Assembly: GCA_038871515.1 (NCBI GenBank)
Contig: JAVZHX010000001.1
Coordinates: 416,001-480,000 of the forward strand
DNA length: 64,000 nt
Source: Candidatus Micrarchaeia archaeon
GTDB lineage: Archaea; Micrarchaeota; Micrarchaeia; Burarchaeales; Fermentimicrarchaeaceae
Direction of reading: 5' to 3'
Shown one piece after another: positions 47,770 to 57,817 of this stretch; the stretch's first letter is position 1; each line of letters opens with the position of its first letter. The translations under genes were made by a program, and so were the position numbers. The notes beneath the pieces were generated by a model. It saw only the letters and a program-made list of their open reading frames with translations, was not told the DNA's origin and did not search any database.

Positions 47770-48761
47770 TGAGCATAATGGAGTATATTGCATTGAGGGG
47801 GGCGGAAGTGAATAAGGAGATAGAGAGAATAATCCCGAAAAATAAGGAGCCAAAAGCAGTTTACGAGCCAATCTGGGATTTGTTGAGCAGGGGAGGGAAG
47901 CGTTTCAGGCCCGTGATGTGCATGCTTTCCTGTGAAGCAGTTGGAGGAGACTCAAGAAAAATACTTCCAATTGCAGCCTCAATTGAGATGTTTCACAACT
48001 TCACATTGGCGCATGATGATATTGAGGACGACTCGGAGATGAGGAGAGGAAAGCCGTGTATTCACAAAATATATGGAATACCGCTTGCAATAAACGCTGG
48101 GGATGGGTTGTTTGCGCTTGTTTGGGAAACCTCTTTGCTTCTTGAAATGCCACCAAAGAAAATTGTAGGTGCTCAAAGAATTCTTGCAGATGCGTTCAGA
48201 AGGGTTCTTGAAGGGCAGGGAATGGAAATTGGGTGGAACAGCCAGAATTTATGGGATATAACTGAAAAGGATTACTGCGAGATGGTTGCTGGGAAGACAG
48301 GCGCATTAATTGCTGCCTCCTGCGAGGTTGGAGCGTATCTGGGAGGAGGGAGCAGGAAGCAACAGAAAATACTCAGGGAGTTTGGGAATGCGGTTGGAAT
48401 TGCATTTCAAATTCAGGATGATATACTGAATATAATTGGAAAGGAGGAGAAGTATGGAAAGGAGATAGGCGGCGATATAAGTGAGGGGAAAAGAACCCTG
48501 ATGGTTATTCACACTCTTGGCAAAGCATCAAAAGAGGACAGAGAAAAACTTCTCTCAATTTTATCTGAAAAAACAAAAGAAAAAACAAAAATTAATGAGG
48601 CAATTGAAATTCTGAAAAAATACAACTCGCACGAGTATGCGAAAAAGAGAGCAGAGGAGATTATTCTGAAAGCAAAGAAAGGGCTTGCTGAGCTTCCTCA
48701 AACAAATGCAAGGGAGAAACTTCTTGAGCTTGCCGACTTTTTCATAAACAGGGAGCTCTAA
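47766..48761 (+). CDS. Polyprenyl diphosphate synthase (GGPP synthase-like)
   Basis: Motifs GGKRFRP, HDDIEDDSEMRRG, GQ, KTG, FQIQDD. Confidence 0.92.
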   Translation: MMSIMEYIALRGAEVNKEIERIIPKNKEPKAVYEPIWDLLSRGGKRFRPVMCMLSCEAVGGDSRKILPIAASIEMFHNFTLAHDDIEDDSEMRRGKPCIHKIYGIPLAINAGDGLFALVWETSLLLEMPPKKIVGAQRILADAFRRVLEGQGMEIGWNSQNLWDITEKDYCEMVAGKTGALIAASCEVGAYLGGGSRKQQKILREFGNAVGIAFQIQDDILNIIGKEEKYGKEIGGDISEGKRTLMVIHTLGKASKEDREKLLSILSEKTKEKTKINEAIEILKKYNSHEYAKKRAEEIILKAKKGLAELPQTNAREKLLELADFFINREL

Positions 48762-49828
48762 AGCAACTTTTCAAACAAGTCAAAAAGATAGCGCGAGTCC
48801 AGGGGACCGGGGTTTGCTTCCGGGTGATACTGCACTGAGAAAACAGGAAGTTCTTTGTGCTTCATTCCCTCAACTGTTCCATCATTGCAGTTTCTGTGCG
48901 TCACAATAAACTCATTTGGTAAACTTCTCTCATCAACAGCATACCCATGGTTCTGGCTTGTTATAAACACCTTTCCACTTTCCAACTCCTTAACAGGGTG
49001 GTTGCTTCCCCTATGCCCAAACTTCATTTTATATGTTTTTCCACCAGCTGCATGTGCAATTATCTGATGCCCTAAACAGATTCCAAAGAGAGGGAGCTTT
49101 CTCATCAGTTTCTTCACTGCGCTTGCAATATAACTGAGCAGCGCTGGATCCCCAGGTCCATTTGAAACAACAACTCCATCCGGCTTCATTCTAAGAATTT
49201 CCTCTGCAGTTGTTTTTGGCGGAACCCGAATAATTGAGATGTTTCTTTTAAGAAGCTCCCTAACAATACTCCACTTCACCCCGCAATCTATTAGAACAAC
49301 TCTCCTCTCCCCAGCAACATACTCCTTCTTTCTTTTTGAAGCAACTCTCTCAACAAAATCAATTTTTGAGTAATCAAGCCCCCTTGCTCTTTCTAACAGC
49401 TCCCCATACCTCGGCTCCTTTTTTGAGTAAACAGAAATGCATGCTGGCATAACTCCATAACTCCTTATTCTCCTCACAACTGCTCTTGTATCAACCTCGC
49501 AGATGCCAGGAATGCCAAATCTTCTCAAAAACTCATTCAAACTCTCCTTTACTTTCATATGCTGGGGCTCCTTGCAGAGCTCTCTTACAACAACACCAGA
49601 AACATAAACTCTTTCAGACTCAAAGTCATCCGAGTTAACCCCATAGTTCCCAATTAACGGATAAGCAAATGTGAGAATCTGCCCTGCGTAAGAAGGGTCT
49701 GTCAACGCTTCCTGATAACCACAGAAACCTGTGTTGAAGACAAGCTCCCCCTCTACAGTTTTCTCCTCCCCAAACCCAACTCCTCTGAAGCACGTGCCAT
49801 CGCGTAGCACAAGCAATGCTTTAGCCAT
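48758..49828 (-). CDS. carA: Carbamoyl-phosphate synthase small subunit
   Basis: Motifs TDPSYAGQI, SNGPGDP, GICLGHQ, QYHPEA. Confidence 0.97.
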   Translation of the reverse strand: MAKALLVLRDGTCFRGVGFGEEKTVEGELVFNTGFCGYQEALTDPSYAGQILTFAYPLIGNYGVNSDDFESERVYVSGVVVRELCKEPQHMKVKESLNEFLRRFGIPGICEVDTRAVVRRIRSYGVMPACISVYSKKEPRYGELLERARGLDYSKIDFVERVASKRKKEYVAGERRVVLIDCGVKWSIVRELLKRNISIIRVPPKTTAEEILRMKPDGVVVSNGPGDPALLSYIASAVKKLMRKLPLFGICLGHQIIAHAAGGKTYKMKFGHRGSNHPVKELESGKVFITSQNHGYAVDERSLPNEFIVTHRNCNDGTVEGMKHKELPVFSVQYHPEANPGPLDSRYLFDLFEKLL

Positions 49829-52800
49829 AACCGCTCACTCTTTTTGTGTAATAACTAAGCGGCTCAACTCTCATTCCCCTCCTCTTCACACACCCAATCG
49901 CATCAGCAATTCCAAAAGCTGCCTCAACGCTTGTTATGCAAGGAACATTCGCCTCAATCGCACACCTTCTTATCCTAAACCCATCTGTTGCCGCATTTCT
50001 TCCCTTGCTTGGGGTGTTGATAACAATGCTCACCTCTCCTCCAAGAATTTTCGTTGCAACATTTGGCTCACCCTCACTGCTTTTTTTAACAACTTCAACA
50101 GAAATTCCCCTGATTGCTTCAGCAGTTCCTTTTGTTGCCAGCACCTCAAACCCAAGTTTGTTGAACCTTTCAGCAAGCCTCCTCGCATACTTCTTATCCT
50201 CATCCCTCAAACTCAGAACAACTCTCCCGCTTGTATAAATACTCGCATTCGCTCCCAGCAGCGCTTTGTAATACGCCCCTCCAAACTCCCTATCAACCCC
50301 CATGTTCTCTCCAGTGCTTTTCATCTCAGGCCCTAAAACAAAATCTGTTCCAGGCAGTTTCAAGAAGGGAAAAACAACGCTTTTCACCGCGTAGTAAGGA
50401 AGCTTTGGTGTTTCCCTCAAACCAAACTCATCAAGCTCATGCCCAAGCGCAACCTTTGTTGCAATCTTTGCGAGTGGTACCCCAGTTGCCTTGCTCAGAA
50501 ATGGAACAGTTCTGCTCGCCCTTGGGTTTGCCTCAAGCACAAAAACCCTATCACCTTGCACTGCAAATTGTATGTTAATTGCCCCAATGTTTTTCAATGC
50601 AGAGGAAATCTTTTTTGAATACTCAACTATCCTTTTCTGAATTTTTTCACTCAGTTTCACAGGTGGAGTTACACAGCTCGCATCCCCAGAGTGAACCCCT
50701 GCTTTTTCAACATGCTCCATTATACCTGCGATGAACAATCTTTTTCTATCAGAGACTCCATCAATTTCACATTCAACTGCATCCTCAACGTATTTATCAA
50801 TGAGCACAGGTTTTCTTTCAGAAACATCAATTGCCTCGTGCATATATCTGCTCAGCTCCTCAGCGTTGTAAACAATCTGCATCCCTCTCCCTGCAATCAC
50901 ATAGCTTGGCCTTACAACAACAGGGTAGCCAACTTTCTCAGCAACCTCAAACGCTTCCTCAAAACTTCGCGCACTCCCATTCCTTGGCTGCGGTATACAA
51001 AGCTCCTTCAAAAGTTTTCTGAATCTTTCCCTATCCTCCGCAATATCTATTCCCTCCATTCCTGTCCCAAGTATCTTAACTCCTTCCTCCGCAAGAGGAA
51101 CTGCCAGGTTTATGCTTGTCTGCCCGCCAAACTGAACTATCACTCCATCAGGCTCCTCCTTTTCAATTATATTCATCACATCCTCAAAAGTCAGCGGTTC
51201 AAAGTAAAGCTTATCGCTTGCATCAAAATCCGTGCTCACTGTCTCCGGGTTGTTGTTTATCATTATTGACTGAACACCCTCCTCCCTTAAGGCAAATGAA
51301 GCATGGCAGCAGCAATAGTCAAACTCAATTCCCTGCCCAATTCTTATTGGGCCAGCCCCAATCACAATCACCTTTCTAACTCCCTTTGGGTTCGCTTCAT
51401 CCTCCTCCCCATACGTTGAATAGTAGTAAGGAGTTGATGCCTCAAACTCGGCAGCGCACGTATCAACAATTCTGTAAACAGGCTTCATTCCAAGCAGCTT
51501 TCTCCTTCTTCTCACCTCAACTTCCTCTGAATGAATAATATTTGCAATCTGTCTATCTGAAAAGCCAGCTCTTTTTGCTTTAAGGAGAAGTTCAGGTTTA
51601 TCATATAACCTCTTTCCAGCCTTCCTAACCTTTCTCTCTACCTCAAGAATATTTTTGATTTTATTTATGAACCAAACATTAATCCCAGAAAGCTCAGAAA
51701 TTCTCTCTGGTTTAACCCCGTGCTTAAGAGCAGCGTATATCGCAAACAGCCTCATATCAGTTGGCTCCTTTATCTGCTCAAAAATTTCATTCAAACTTCC
51801 GAAGTTATTTTCAGACAAACCACTTCTCCTTATCTCCAAGCTTCTCACTGCTTTCTGAAGCGCCTCCTCAAAACTTCTCCCAATCGCCATAACCTCTCCA
51901 GTGCTTTTCATCTGCGTGCCTATTCTTCTATCCGCTTCGGGCATCTTGTCAAATGGCCAGCGCGGTATTTTCACAACCACATAATCCAGCGCAGGCTCAA
52001 AGCTTGCAGGCGTTTTCTTTGTCACTGCATTTGGAATTTCATCAAGAGTGTAGCCAATTGCAATTTTTGCAGCAACCCTCGCAATTGGATAGCCAGTTGC
52101 TTTGCTTGCAAGAGCAGAGCTTCTTGAGAGACGGGGGTTCACCTCAATTACATAATACTCACCAGTTTTTTGGTTGAGGGCGAACTGAATGTTACATCCT
52201 CCCCTTATATTCAAAGCATTGATTATTTTCAGAGAAGCACTCCTCAGCATCTGATGATCGTCGTTGGAAAGAGTTTGAGAGGGAGCAACAACAATGCTCT
52301 CGCCAGTATGAATTCCCATCGGGTCAATATTCTCCATATTGCAAACAGCTATGCAGTTTCCTTTTGAATCTCTCAGAACCTCATACTCAAACTCCCCCCA
52401 ACCAACAACACTTTCCTCAATAAGCACCTGCCCAATTCTGCTCAGCCTCATCCCCAGTTTCATTTTCTCAATCAACTCCTCCTCATTATAAACAACACCC
52501 CCTCCAGTTCCACCAAGAGTGTAAGCCGGCCTTAGAATTAAGGGATAGCTATGGGCTCTTGCAAACTCAACAGCCTCCTCCACGCTGTTTGCTGCAACAC
52601 TGTCCAAAACAGGCTCATTTATCCTATGCATAAGCTCAGCAAATTTACCCCTTTCAGAGGCGGTTTCTATCGCATCAACTCCCGTCCCCAGAACTTCAAC
52701 TCCAAAATGCTTCAGAAAACCTCTTTCATACAGCTGCATTGTCAAATTCAAACCAGTCTGCCCACCCATCGTCCCAATAATTCCATCAGGCCTCTCCCTC

Positions 52801-53036
52801 TCAATTATTTTTGCAAGCACCCCTGCTCTGAGAGGCTCGATGTAAACCGCATCTGCAATTTCATAATCAGTTTGAATTGTTGCCGGGTTGGAGTTTACCA
52901 GAATAACTTTTATTCCTTCTTCCCTCAGCGCTCGGCACGCCTGGGAGCCAGAGTAATCAAACTCAGCAGCCTGCCCAATAACAATTGGACCGCTTCCTAC
53001 CACAAGCACCTTTTTCAACTCCTCCCTTCTTGGCAT
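49821..53036 (-). CDS. carB: Carbamoyl-phosphate synthase large subunit
   Basis: Motifs GQAAEFDYSG, EVNPRLSRSSALASKATG, GQGIEFDY, EMKSTGE. Confidence 0.97.
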   Translation of the reverse strand: MPRREELKKVLVVGSGPIVIGQAAEFDYSGSQACRALREEGIKVILVNSNPATIQTDYEIADAVYIEPLRAGVLAKIIERERPDGIIGTMGGQTGLNLTMQLYERGFLKHFGVEVLGTGVDAIETASERGKFAELMHRINEPVLDSVAANSVEEAVEFARAHSYPLILRPAYTLGGTGGGVVYNEEELIEKMKLGMRLSRIGQVLIEESVVGWGEFEYEVLRDSKGNCIAVCNMENIDPMGIHTGESIVVAPSQTLSNDDHQMLRSASLKIINALNIRGGCNIQFALNQKTGEYYVIEVNPRLSRSSALASKATGYPIARVAAKIAIGYTLDEIPNAVTKKTPASFEPALDYVVVKIPRWPFDKMPEADRRIGTQMKSTGEVMAIGRSFEEALQKAVRSLEIRRSGLSENNFGSLNEIFEQIKEPTDMRLFAIYAALKHGVKPERISELSGINVWFINKIKNILEVERKVRKAGKRLYDKPELLLKAKRAGFSDRQIANIIHSEEVEVRRRRKLLGMKPVYRIVDTCAAEFEASTPYYYSTYGEEDEANPKGVRKVIVIGAGPIRIGQGIEFDYCCCHASFALREEGVQSIMINNNPETVSTDFDASDKLYFEPLTFEDVMNIIEKEEPDGVIVQFGGQTSINLAVPLAEEGVKILGTGMEGIDIAEDRERFRKLLKELCIPQPRNGSARSFEEAFEVAEKVGYPVVVRPSYVIAGRGMQIVYNAEELSRYMHEAIDVSERKPVLIDKYVEDAVECEIDGVSDRKRLFIAGIMEHVEKAGVHSGDASCVTPPVKLSEKIQKRIVEYSKKISSALKNIGAINIQFAVQGDRVFVLEANPRASRTVPFLSKATGVPLAKIATKVALGHELDEFGLRETPKLPYYAVKSVVFPFLKLPGTDFVLGPEMKSTGENMGVDREFGGAYYKALLGANASIYTSGRVVLSLRDEDKKYARRLAERFNKLGFEVLATKGTAEAIRGISVEVVKKSSEGEPNVATKILGGEVSIVINTPSKGRNAATDGFRIRRCAIEANVPCITSVEAAFGIADAIGCVKRRGMRVEPLSYYTKRVSGYG

Positions 53037-53140
53037 TCAAGCTCACCCAGAGAGAAAGCTAGATGGAGTAAACCAATCAAAAACAGCAAAAACTTCTTCT
53101 CCTGCAGAAAAACCCACCAGAACTTTGAATGCTGCTCTTT

Positions 53141-54512
53141 TTAAACTTTGTGTTGCTTCAAATGCTGCTTTGCAACGAATTCTGAAATAATTTCCTTTAC
53201 TCCATAACTCCCCTTCTCCTTCAACTCATACTTCGCTCTCACAACTGGCTTGTTCACAACAATCAATCTTCTCAAATCAATTGGGGTTGCAGCCAGCACA
53301 GCATCACAGTCAGCCGAGTTGATCGTTGCTTCCAATTCCCTGATCTGCTTCATCCCGTATCCCATTGCAGGGAGCACATTGCTCAGATGAGAATACTTCT
53401 GAAATGTTTTCTTAATTGAGCCAACCGCGTACTTTCTTGGATCAACAATTTCCTTTGCGCCAATTCTCTTCGCAGCAACAAACCCTGCCCCGTAATTCAT
53501 CTCCCCATGAGTTACTGTTGGACCATCCTCAACAACCAGAACTCTTCTTCCCTTCACCATGCTTGGGTTATCAACAGTTATCTCAGAGTCTGCCTCAATA
53601 ACTTTTGCACGTGGGTTCAACATACTGACATTTTTCTTCACAACTTCAATACTCTCTTTGCTTGCGCTGTCAACTTTGTTTATTATAATAACATCCGCCA
53701 ACCTCACATTTGTCTCCCCAGGGTAGTAAAGAAGCTCATGCCCCGCCCTGTGCGGGTCTGCAACAACAATACTCAAATCCGGCTTTATGAAAGGAGCATC
53801 ATTGTTCCCTCCATCCCAAACAATCGCATCTGCTTCCTTCTCTGCTTCCCTCAAAATTCTCTCGTAATCAACCCCTGCAAAAACAACCGTTCCATTATCA
53901 ATATGTGGCTCGTACTCCTCCCTCTCCTCAATTGTTGTTTTATACCTATCCAAATCCTCATACGTTTCAAACCTCTGCCAAATCTGCTCCTTTAAATCAC
54001 CATACGGCATCGGATGCCTTATCGCAACAACCCTTAAACCATTCTCCTTCAAAACTCTGCAAACCTTTCTTGAAGTCTGGCTTTTGCCACAGCCAGTTCT
54101 CACAGCACAAACAGAAATAACTGGCTTGGTTGACTTCAGCATAGTTCTCTCGCAACCAATCAATTTGAAATCCGCACCAGCTGCATTTGCTATGCTTGCT
54201 TTATGCATCACTTCAACGTAACTCAAATCACTATACGCCAAATCAACCTGATTCACATTATACTCCTTAATCAACTTTGGAAGCTCCTCCTCCGCGTAAA
54301 TCCTTATTCCATTCGGGTAGTTCTTGCCCGCCAGCTCAGGTGGGTAGACCCTCCCCTCGATATCTGGTATCTGCGCAGCTGTGAAAGCAACCACCTCATA
54401 TCTGTCGTCATTCCTGTACAGGACGTTGAAGTTGTGGAATTCGCGGACTGAAAACTTAAGTTTTTAGTCAATCGCGACCTGCGGCTCCAATAATTATTAC
54501 TCTAGTTTTCAT
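53141..54512 (-). CDS. COG2403 P-loop NTPase (cDPG-synthetase-like, probable ArcE-type arginine synthetase). Spliced: exon 1 54471-54512, exon 2 53141-54439, 446 aa.
   Basis: Joined exons read MKTRVIIIGAAGRD|FHNFNVLYR...VVAFTAAQIP, the N-terminal motif of this family. Also VRTGCGKSQTS, RHPMPYG, EEREEYE, WDGGNND. Confidence 0.85.
54440..54470 (-). other. 31-nt bulge-helix-bulge intron in a protein-coding gene
   Basis: CGCG-AU^U-GACU-A-AAAAC-UUAA-GUUUU-C-AGUC-CGCG-AA^U. Cutting at both bulges restores the frame; the unspliced reading stops at TGA. Confidence 0.88.
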
Positions 54513-55420
54513 ACACTAACCTCCCCCAATATATCTAACAATTTTTTACCCTTTCTAGATAGTCCATAAATCTTTGGCTTTTTATTTAATATATTTACTA
54601 AACCCAATTTAAAATCTTTGCTAAGTGCCTCTCTAACAGACCAATGAGACCTATTAACTGATTTGGCTAGATCAAAAATGCCTTTAGGACCATCCTCTAA
54701 TGCACTCCAGTATCTTACATGTGATCTCGTGTACTCTTTTTTCAAATACGAGTTAATAAAATCCCTGCGTTTATTTTTATGAGAACTAAAATGTCCGTCT
54801 ATTATAAACTCTGTCATTAAATTAACTCCACAAACTTCTATTTCAAAACAACTTTTATTTACTCTAACTCTAGGTCTTTTGCCATAATACGCCTCAAATA
54901 TTTTTACTATCAAATCTTTATTTACTTCACTTTTTGTCGTAAATGCAATACCATACAAAAATCCTTTTCTTCGTATAATCGATCCATCCCCAACTCCATA
55001 ACCTTCTAAAAACGATAATGAAAGAGACCTAACCTTTAAAATTCTTCGTGAGAACTCTTCTAATAATCTATTAAAGAATTCAGAAAAATACCTGCTATTA
55101 AGTCTTAATTCAATATTATCCTCTCTTGCTAATCTATTATACAAAACATTAATGACATCTAAACCTAATGAAGCTTTCCATCTAACTTTTACATCATCTA
55201 AATTTTTATTAGAAGTTTTTACATGAACTCTCCACAAATTTTTATCTATTTTAAAAATCTCCTCCATAATCATCTTAAATCTTTTAATCAGATCTACATT
55301 GCAATTAGAAACTCCGATGTAGTCCTTTGTTTTATTCCCTTCAGCAAGGTAGAATCCAATACACCAAGCTAGGTTTTCGTCTAAATCCAACGAAACTGGT
55401 ACAGTAACTTTATTAACCAT
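54509..55420 (-). mobile_element. Free-standing double-motif LAGLIDADG homing endonuclease with a C-terminal wHTH-like tail
   Basis: LAWCIGFYLAEG and FLEGYGVGDGS helices, no intein blocks, AT-rich relative to neighbours. Its stop overlaps the ATG of the intron-containing gene (ATGA). Confidence 0.85.
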
Positions 55421-55559
55421 TCTAACACCAGCAGATGTTATTTAAGTCTACTTCTCTCCTTATAAACCCTTTCAGGGGGAGTAAATTTCCAGTGAAGTTG
55501 ATTGGTGTGAAGTCTGTTGGAGTGAAACGCATATTAACTCAGAATGAGTAAAAACAAAT

Positions 55560-56654
55560 ATGGAAAAGAAGCTTACGGGAGAGGAAGGAATTAAGGAGGC
55601 GGTTGCTCCCTACGGCCCTGCGGAAAGCAAACTTACAAACAAACTTGGGGAGAGGAGGCTTGAACTTCTGGAAGCTACAAGAAAAACCATCAACCCACGC
55701 AGAGAGGATATAACAGTTTTCTACCCTGCTTCTGGGCCAGACGTTGCAAATGCTCTTCTCGCAACAGACGCAAAGAAACTCATCCTTGTTGACAGAGACC
55801 CACACGGAGTTAACATACTTAAGGAAATAAAGGAGATTGGGGGGGAAGTTACCAATGTTTTTCAAATAGGAAACAAAACAGAGTTTGACTTTGTTTGGAA
55901 TGGTAAAAACAGAAAACTGATTTTCCATAACTTAGAAATAAACGGAGAATCAGTTGACAAACTGCTTGCGGAAGTTGGGCAGTATGACGTTTACTTTGAA
56001 AAGAAATCTCAAGGATTTAGCTCAGAAGTTGCTGAGAAATTTTTAACAAACCTCAAAGTAAATGGCTACACAGTAACCGATTTTGAAATTGACAGCCACA
56101 TTGGGTTTGAAAAATGCAAGCTTGATGATAAGTTTGAAACAGAGCAGTATAAATACGGAAACTACCGGATGAACATACACCGCAAGCGCGCTCACCTGAA
56201 GGGAATGGGGCTGAGGATGCACCTCAACAAAGTTCTGTTTGACGCAGAGCACCTAAGAAACGGTGGTTATATTGGAATAGATGATTATGCTTGGGAAACA
56301 ACTTTCAAAACATACCGAGAAAAATTGGAGGAGCTGAAAAAAACTTTTGAATTGCTTCCAGCTGAAACTAAAGAAGAAGTTGAGGAGAAAAGCAAGGTGA
56401 GGGAGGAGATAATCAACAGACTATTCAACGCAAAGGGAGAAATGTCAAAAGTTCACAACTCACCAGAAAACCTTGAAAAGCAGCTTCAACACCTAATTGA
56501 GAAAAGAGCGCTTTCATTTGAAGCACACGAGCTTTTTGTTTCAAGGATAAGGGAGGCGTATGAGTCACCCAACCGACCCACAGAGCAGCAGCTTGAAAGA
56601 TTTATAGAAGAAGGAAAAAAAGTTTTCAAAGAAGTTTTTCCAGAGTGGGTTTAA
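55560..56654 (+). CDS. Hypothetical protein with a possible Rossmann/methyltransferase-like N-terminus
   Basis: 364-aa ORF with VFYPASGPD...ILVD. Confidence 0.55.
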   Translation: MEKKLTGEEGIKEAVAPYGPAESKLTNKLGERRLELLEATRKTINPRREDITVFYPASGPDVANALLATDAKKLILVDRDPHGVNILKEIKEIGGEVTNVFQIGNKTEFDFVWNGKNRKLIFHNLEINGESVDKLLAEVGQYDVYFEKKSQGFSSEVAEKFLTNLKVNGYTVTDFEIDSHIGFEKCKLDDKFETEQYKYGNYRMNIHRKRAHLKGMGLRMHLNKVLFDAEHLRNGGYIGIDDYAWETTFKTYREKLEELKKTFELLPAETKEEVEEKSKVREEIINRLFNAKGEMSKVHNSPENLEKQLQHLIEKRALSFEAHELFVSRIREAYESPNRPTEQQLERFIEEGKKVFKEVFPEWV

Positions 56655-57076
56655 GCAGCTCCTTTCTCAGGCTTCTTCTGCTTTTTCTCCTCAGGCGCCA
56701 TCTGCACCCTTACCCTTGGGAGCTGCATTGGCGGGCTTAGCCTAACTGGCTGAACAACAAAAGTGCCATTCACTCCGCATGTATAGTTTATTGTGTTCAG
56801 CACAACTTCAGCAAAATCCTCAGGCAGTTTCTTTGTTTTCTTCCACATATCCTCAATTGCCTTTGCTTTCTCCCTCTCCTCGCTTGCATAAAGCACTCCA
56901 ACAATTTTCAGATTCCCTATATTCTCCTGATACTCAACAAGGAAGGTATACTGCACGGTTATCTCATCTCCCTTCACAACCAAATCATCTATCCCTATGT
57001 TTATGTTCATTCCGCTCACTGGCCCTTCCTTATCTCTCCTCGCTTCCACATGCACAATTTTTCCACCAGTTATCAC
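56651..57076 (-). CDS. Hypothetical archaeal protein
   Basis: 141-aa ORF, co-oriented with and 9 bp downstream of the MBL gene, host-like codon use. Confidence 0.6.
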   Translation of the reverse strand: MITGGKIVHVEARRDKEGPVSGMNINIGIDDLVVKGDEITVQYTFLVEYQENIGNLKIVGVLYASEEREKAKAIEDMWKKTKKLPEDFAEVVLNTINYTCGVNGTFVVQPVRLSPPMQLPRVRVQMAPEEKKQKKPEKGAA

Positions 57077-57085
57077 TTTCTCACC

Positions 57086-57754
57086 TCATATTTCTATCAT
57101 ATCGCCAGCTTTCATAACAATTGGTTTTACCTTATCAGTGTCAACTCCCCTCACAAAATCGCTGACGCTTTGCTTTATTCTCTCAAAAGTATTATAATGC
57201 ATCGGTATAACATACCTGCACTTCAGCTCTTTCACTGCTTTGTGGGCTGAGTAAATATCCATTGTGTATGTGCCGCCAATTGGAATCAGCGCGTAATCTG
57301 CTTCTATATCAAACATCCCCCCAAACTCGTATGTGTCACCTGCATGGTAAATGCTTTTTCCACCTTTCTTTATTATATAACCAACAGGATACTCTGACTG
57401 AGGATGAACTGCTTTCACAACTTTTACCTCAACTCCTTTAACAACGAACTCCTCCCCAACAGAAACAGCCATTCTATTCGAGCTTGGAATTTCCAGTTCT
57501 TTCAGCACCTGTTTTGGGGCAATAACTGTTGCATTTGTTTTTGCAACAATTCTCTCAACAGTGCTTTTCTCAAAATGATCCTTGTGCTCATGCGTTATCA
57601 TCACCAAATCTGCTTTGTCAATTTCATCTACTTTCAGGGGTGGTTTCACTCTGCACTCCATCTCCTTCCACTCCAAAACAGGGTCTATGTAAATAACGCT
57701 TCCCCCAATCTCTATCTCAAACCCAGAGTGGCCAAGATACCAGATATGCCCCAT
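57086..57754 (-). CDS. MBL-fold metal-dependent hydrolase (UPF0173-like)
   Basis: Motifs YLGHSGF, ITHEHKDH, YHAGDT, PIGG..TM, IPMHY. Confidence 0.88.
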   Translation of the reverse strand: MGHIWYLGHSGFEIEIGGSVIYIDPVLEWKEMECRVKPPLKVDEIDKADLVMITHEHKDHFEKSTVERIVAKTNATVIAPKQVLKELEIPSSNRMAVSVGEEFVVKGVEVKVVKAVHPQSEYPVGYIIKKGGKSIYHAGDTYEFGGMFDIEADYALIPIGGTYTMDIYSAHKAVKELKCRYVIPMHYNTFERIKQSVSDFVRGVDTDKVKPIVMKAGDMIEI

Positions 57755-57817
57755 CCGCTCCCCTTTATCTATAAAGTAGGTTGAAAATTTAAATATACCT
57801 ACTGTTTAATCAATCTC

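Noticed and set aside
53141..54394. ORF-track start at GTG 54394 for the COG2403 gene
   Set aside because: It omits the conserved GAAGRDFHNFN N-terminus, which is present upstream and split by the BHB insert.
54440..55560. LAGLIDADG ORF as part of a larger intron or intein
   Set aside because: Exon 1 has its own ATG downstream of the endonuclease stop, no upstream exon was found at 55420-55560, and the ORF lacks intein blocks.
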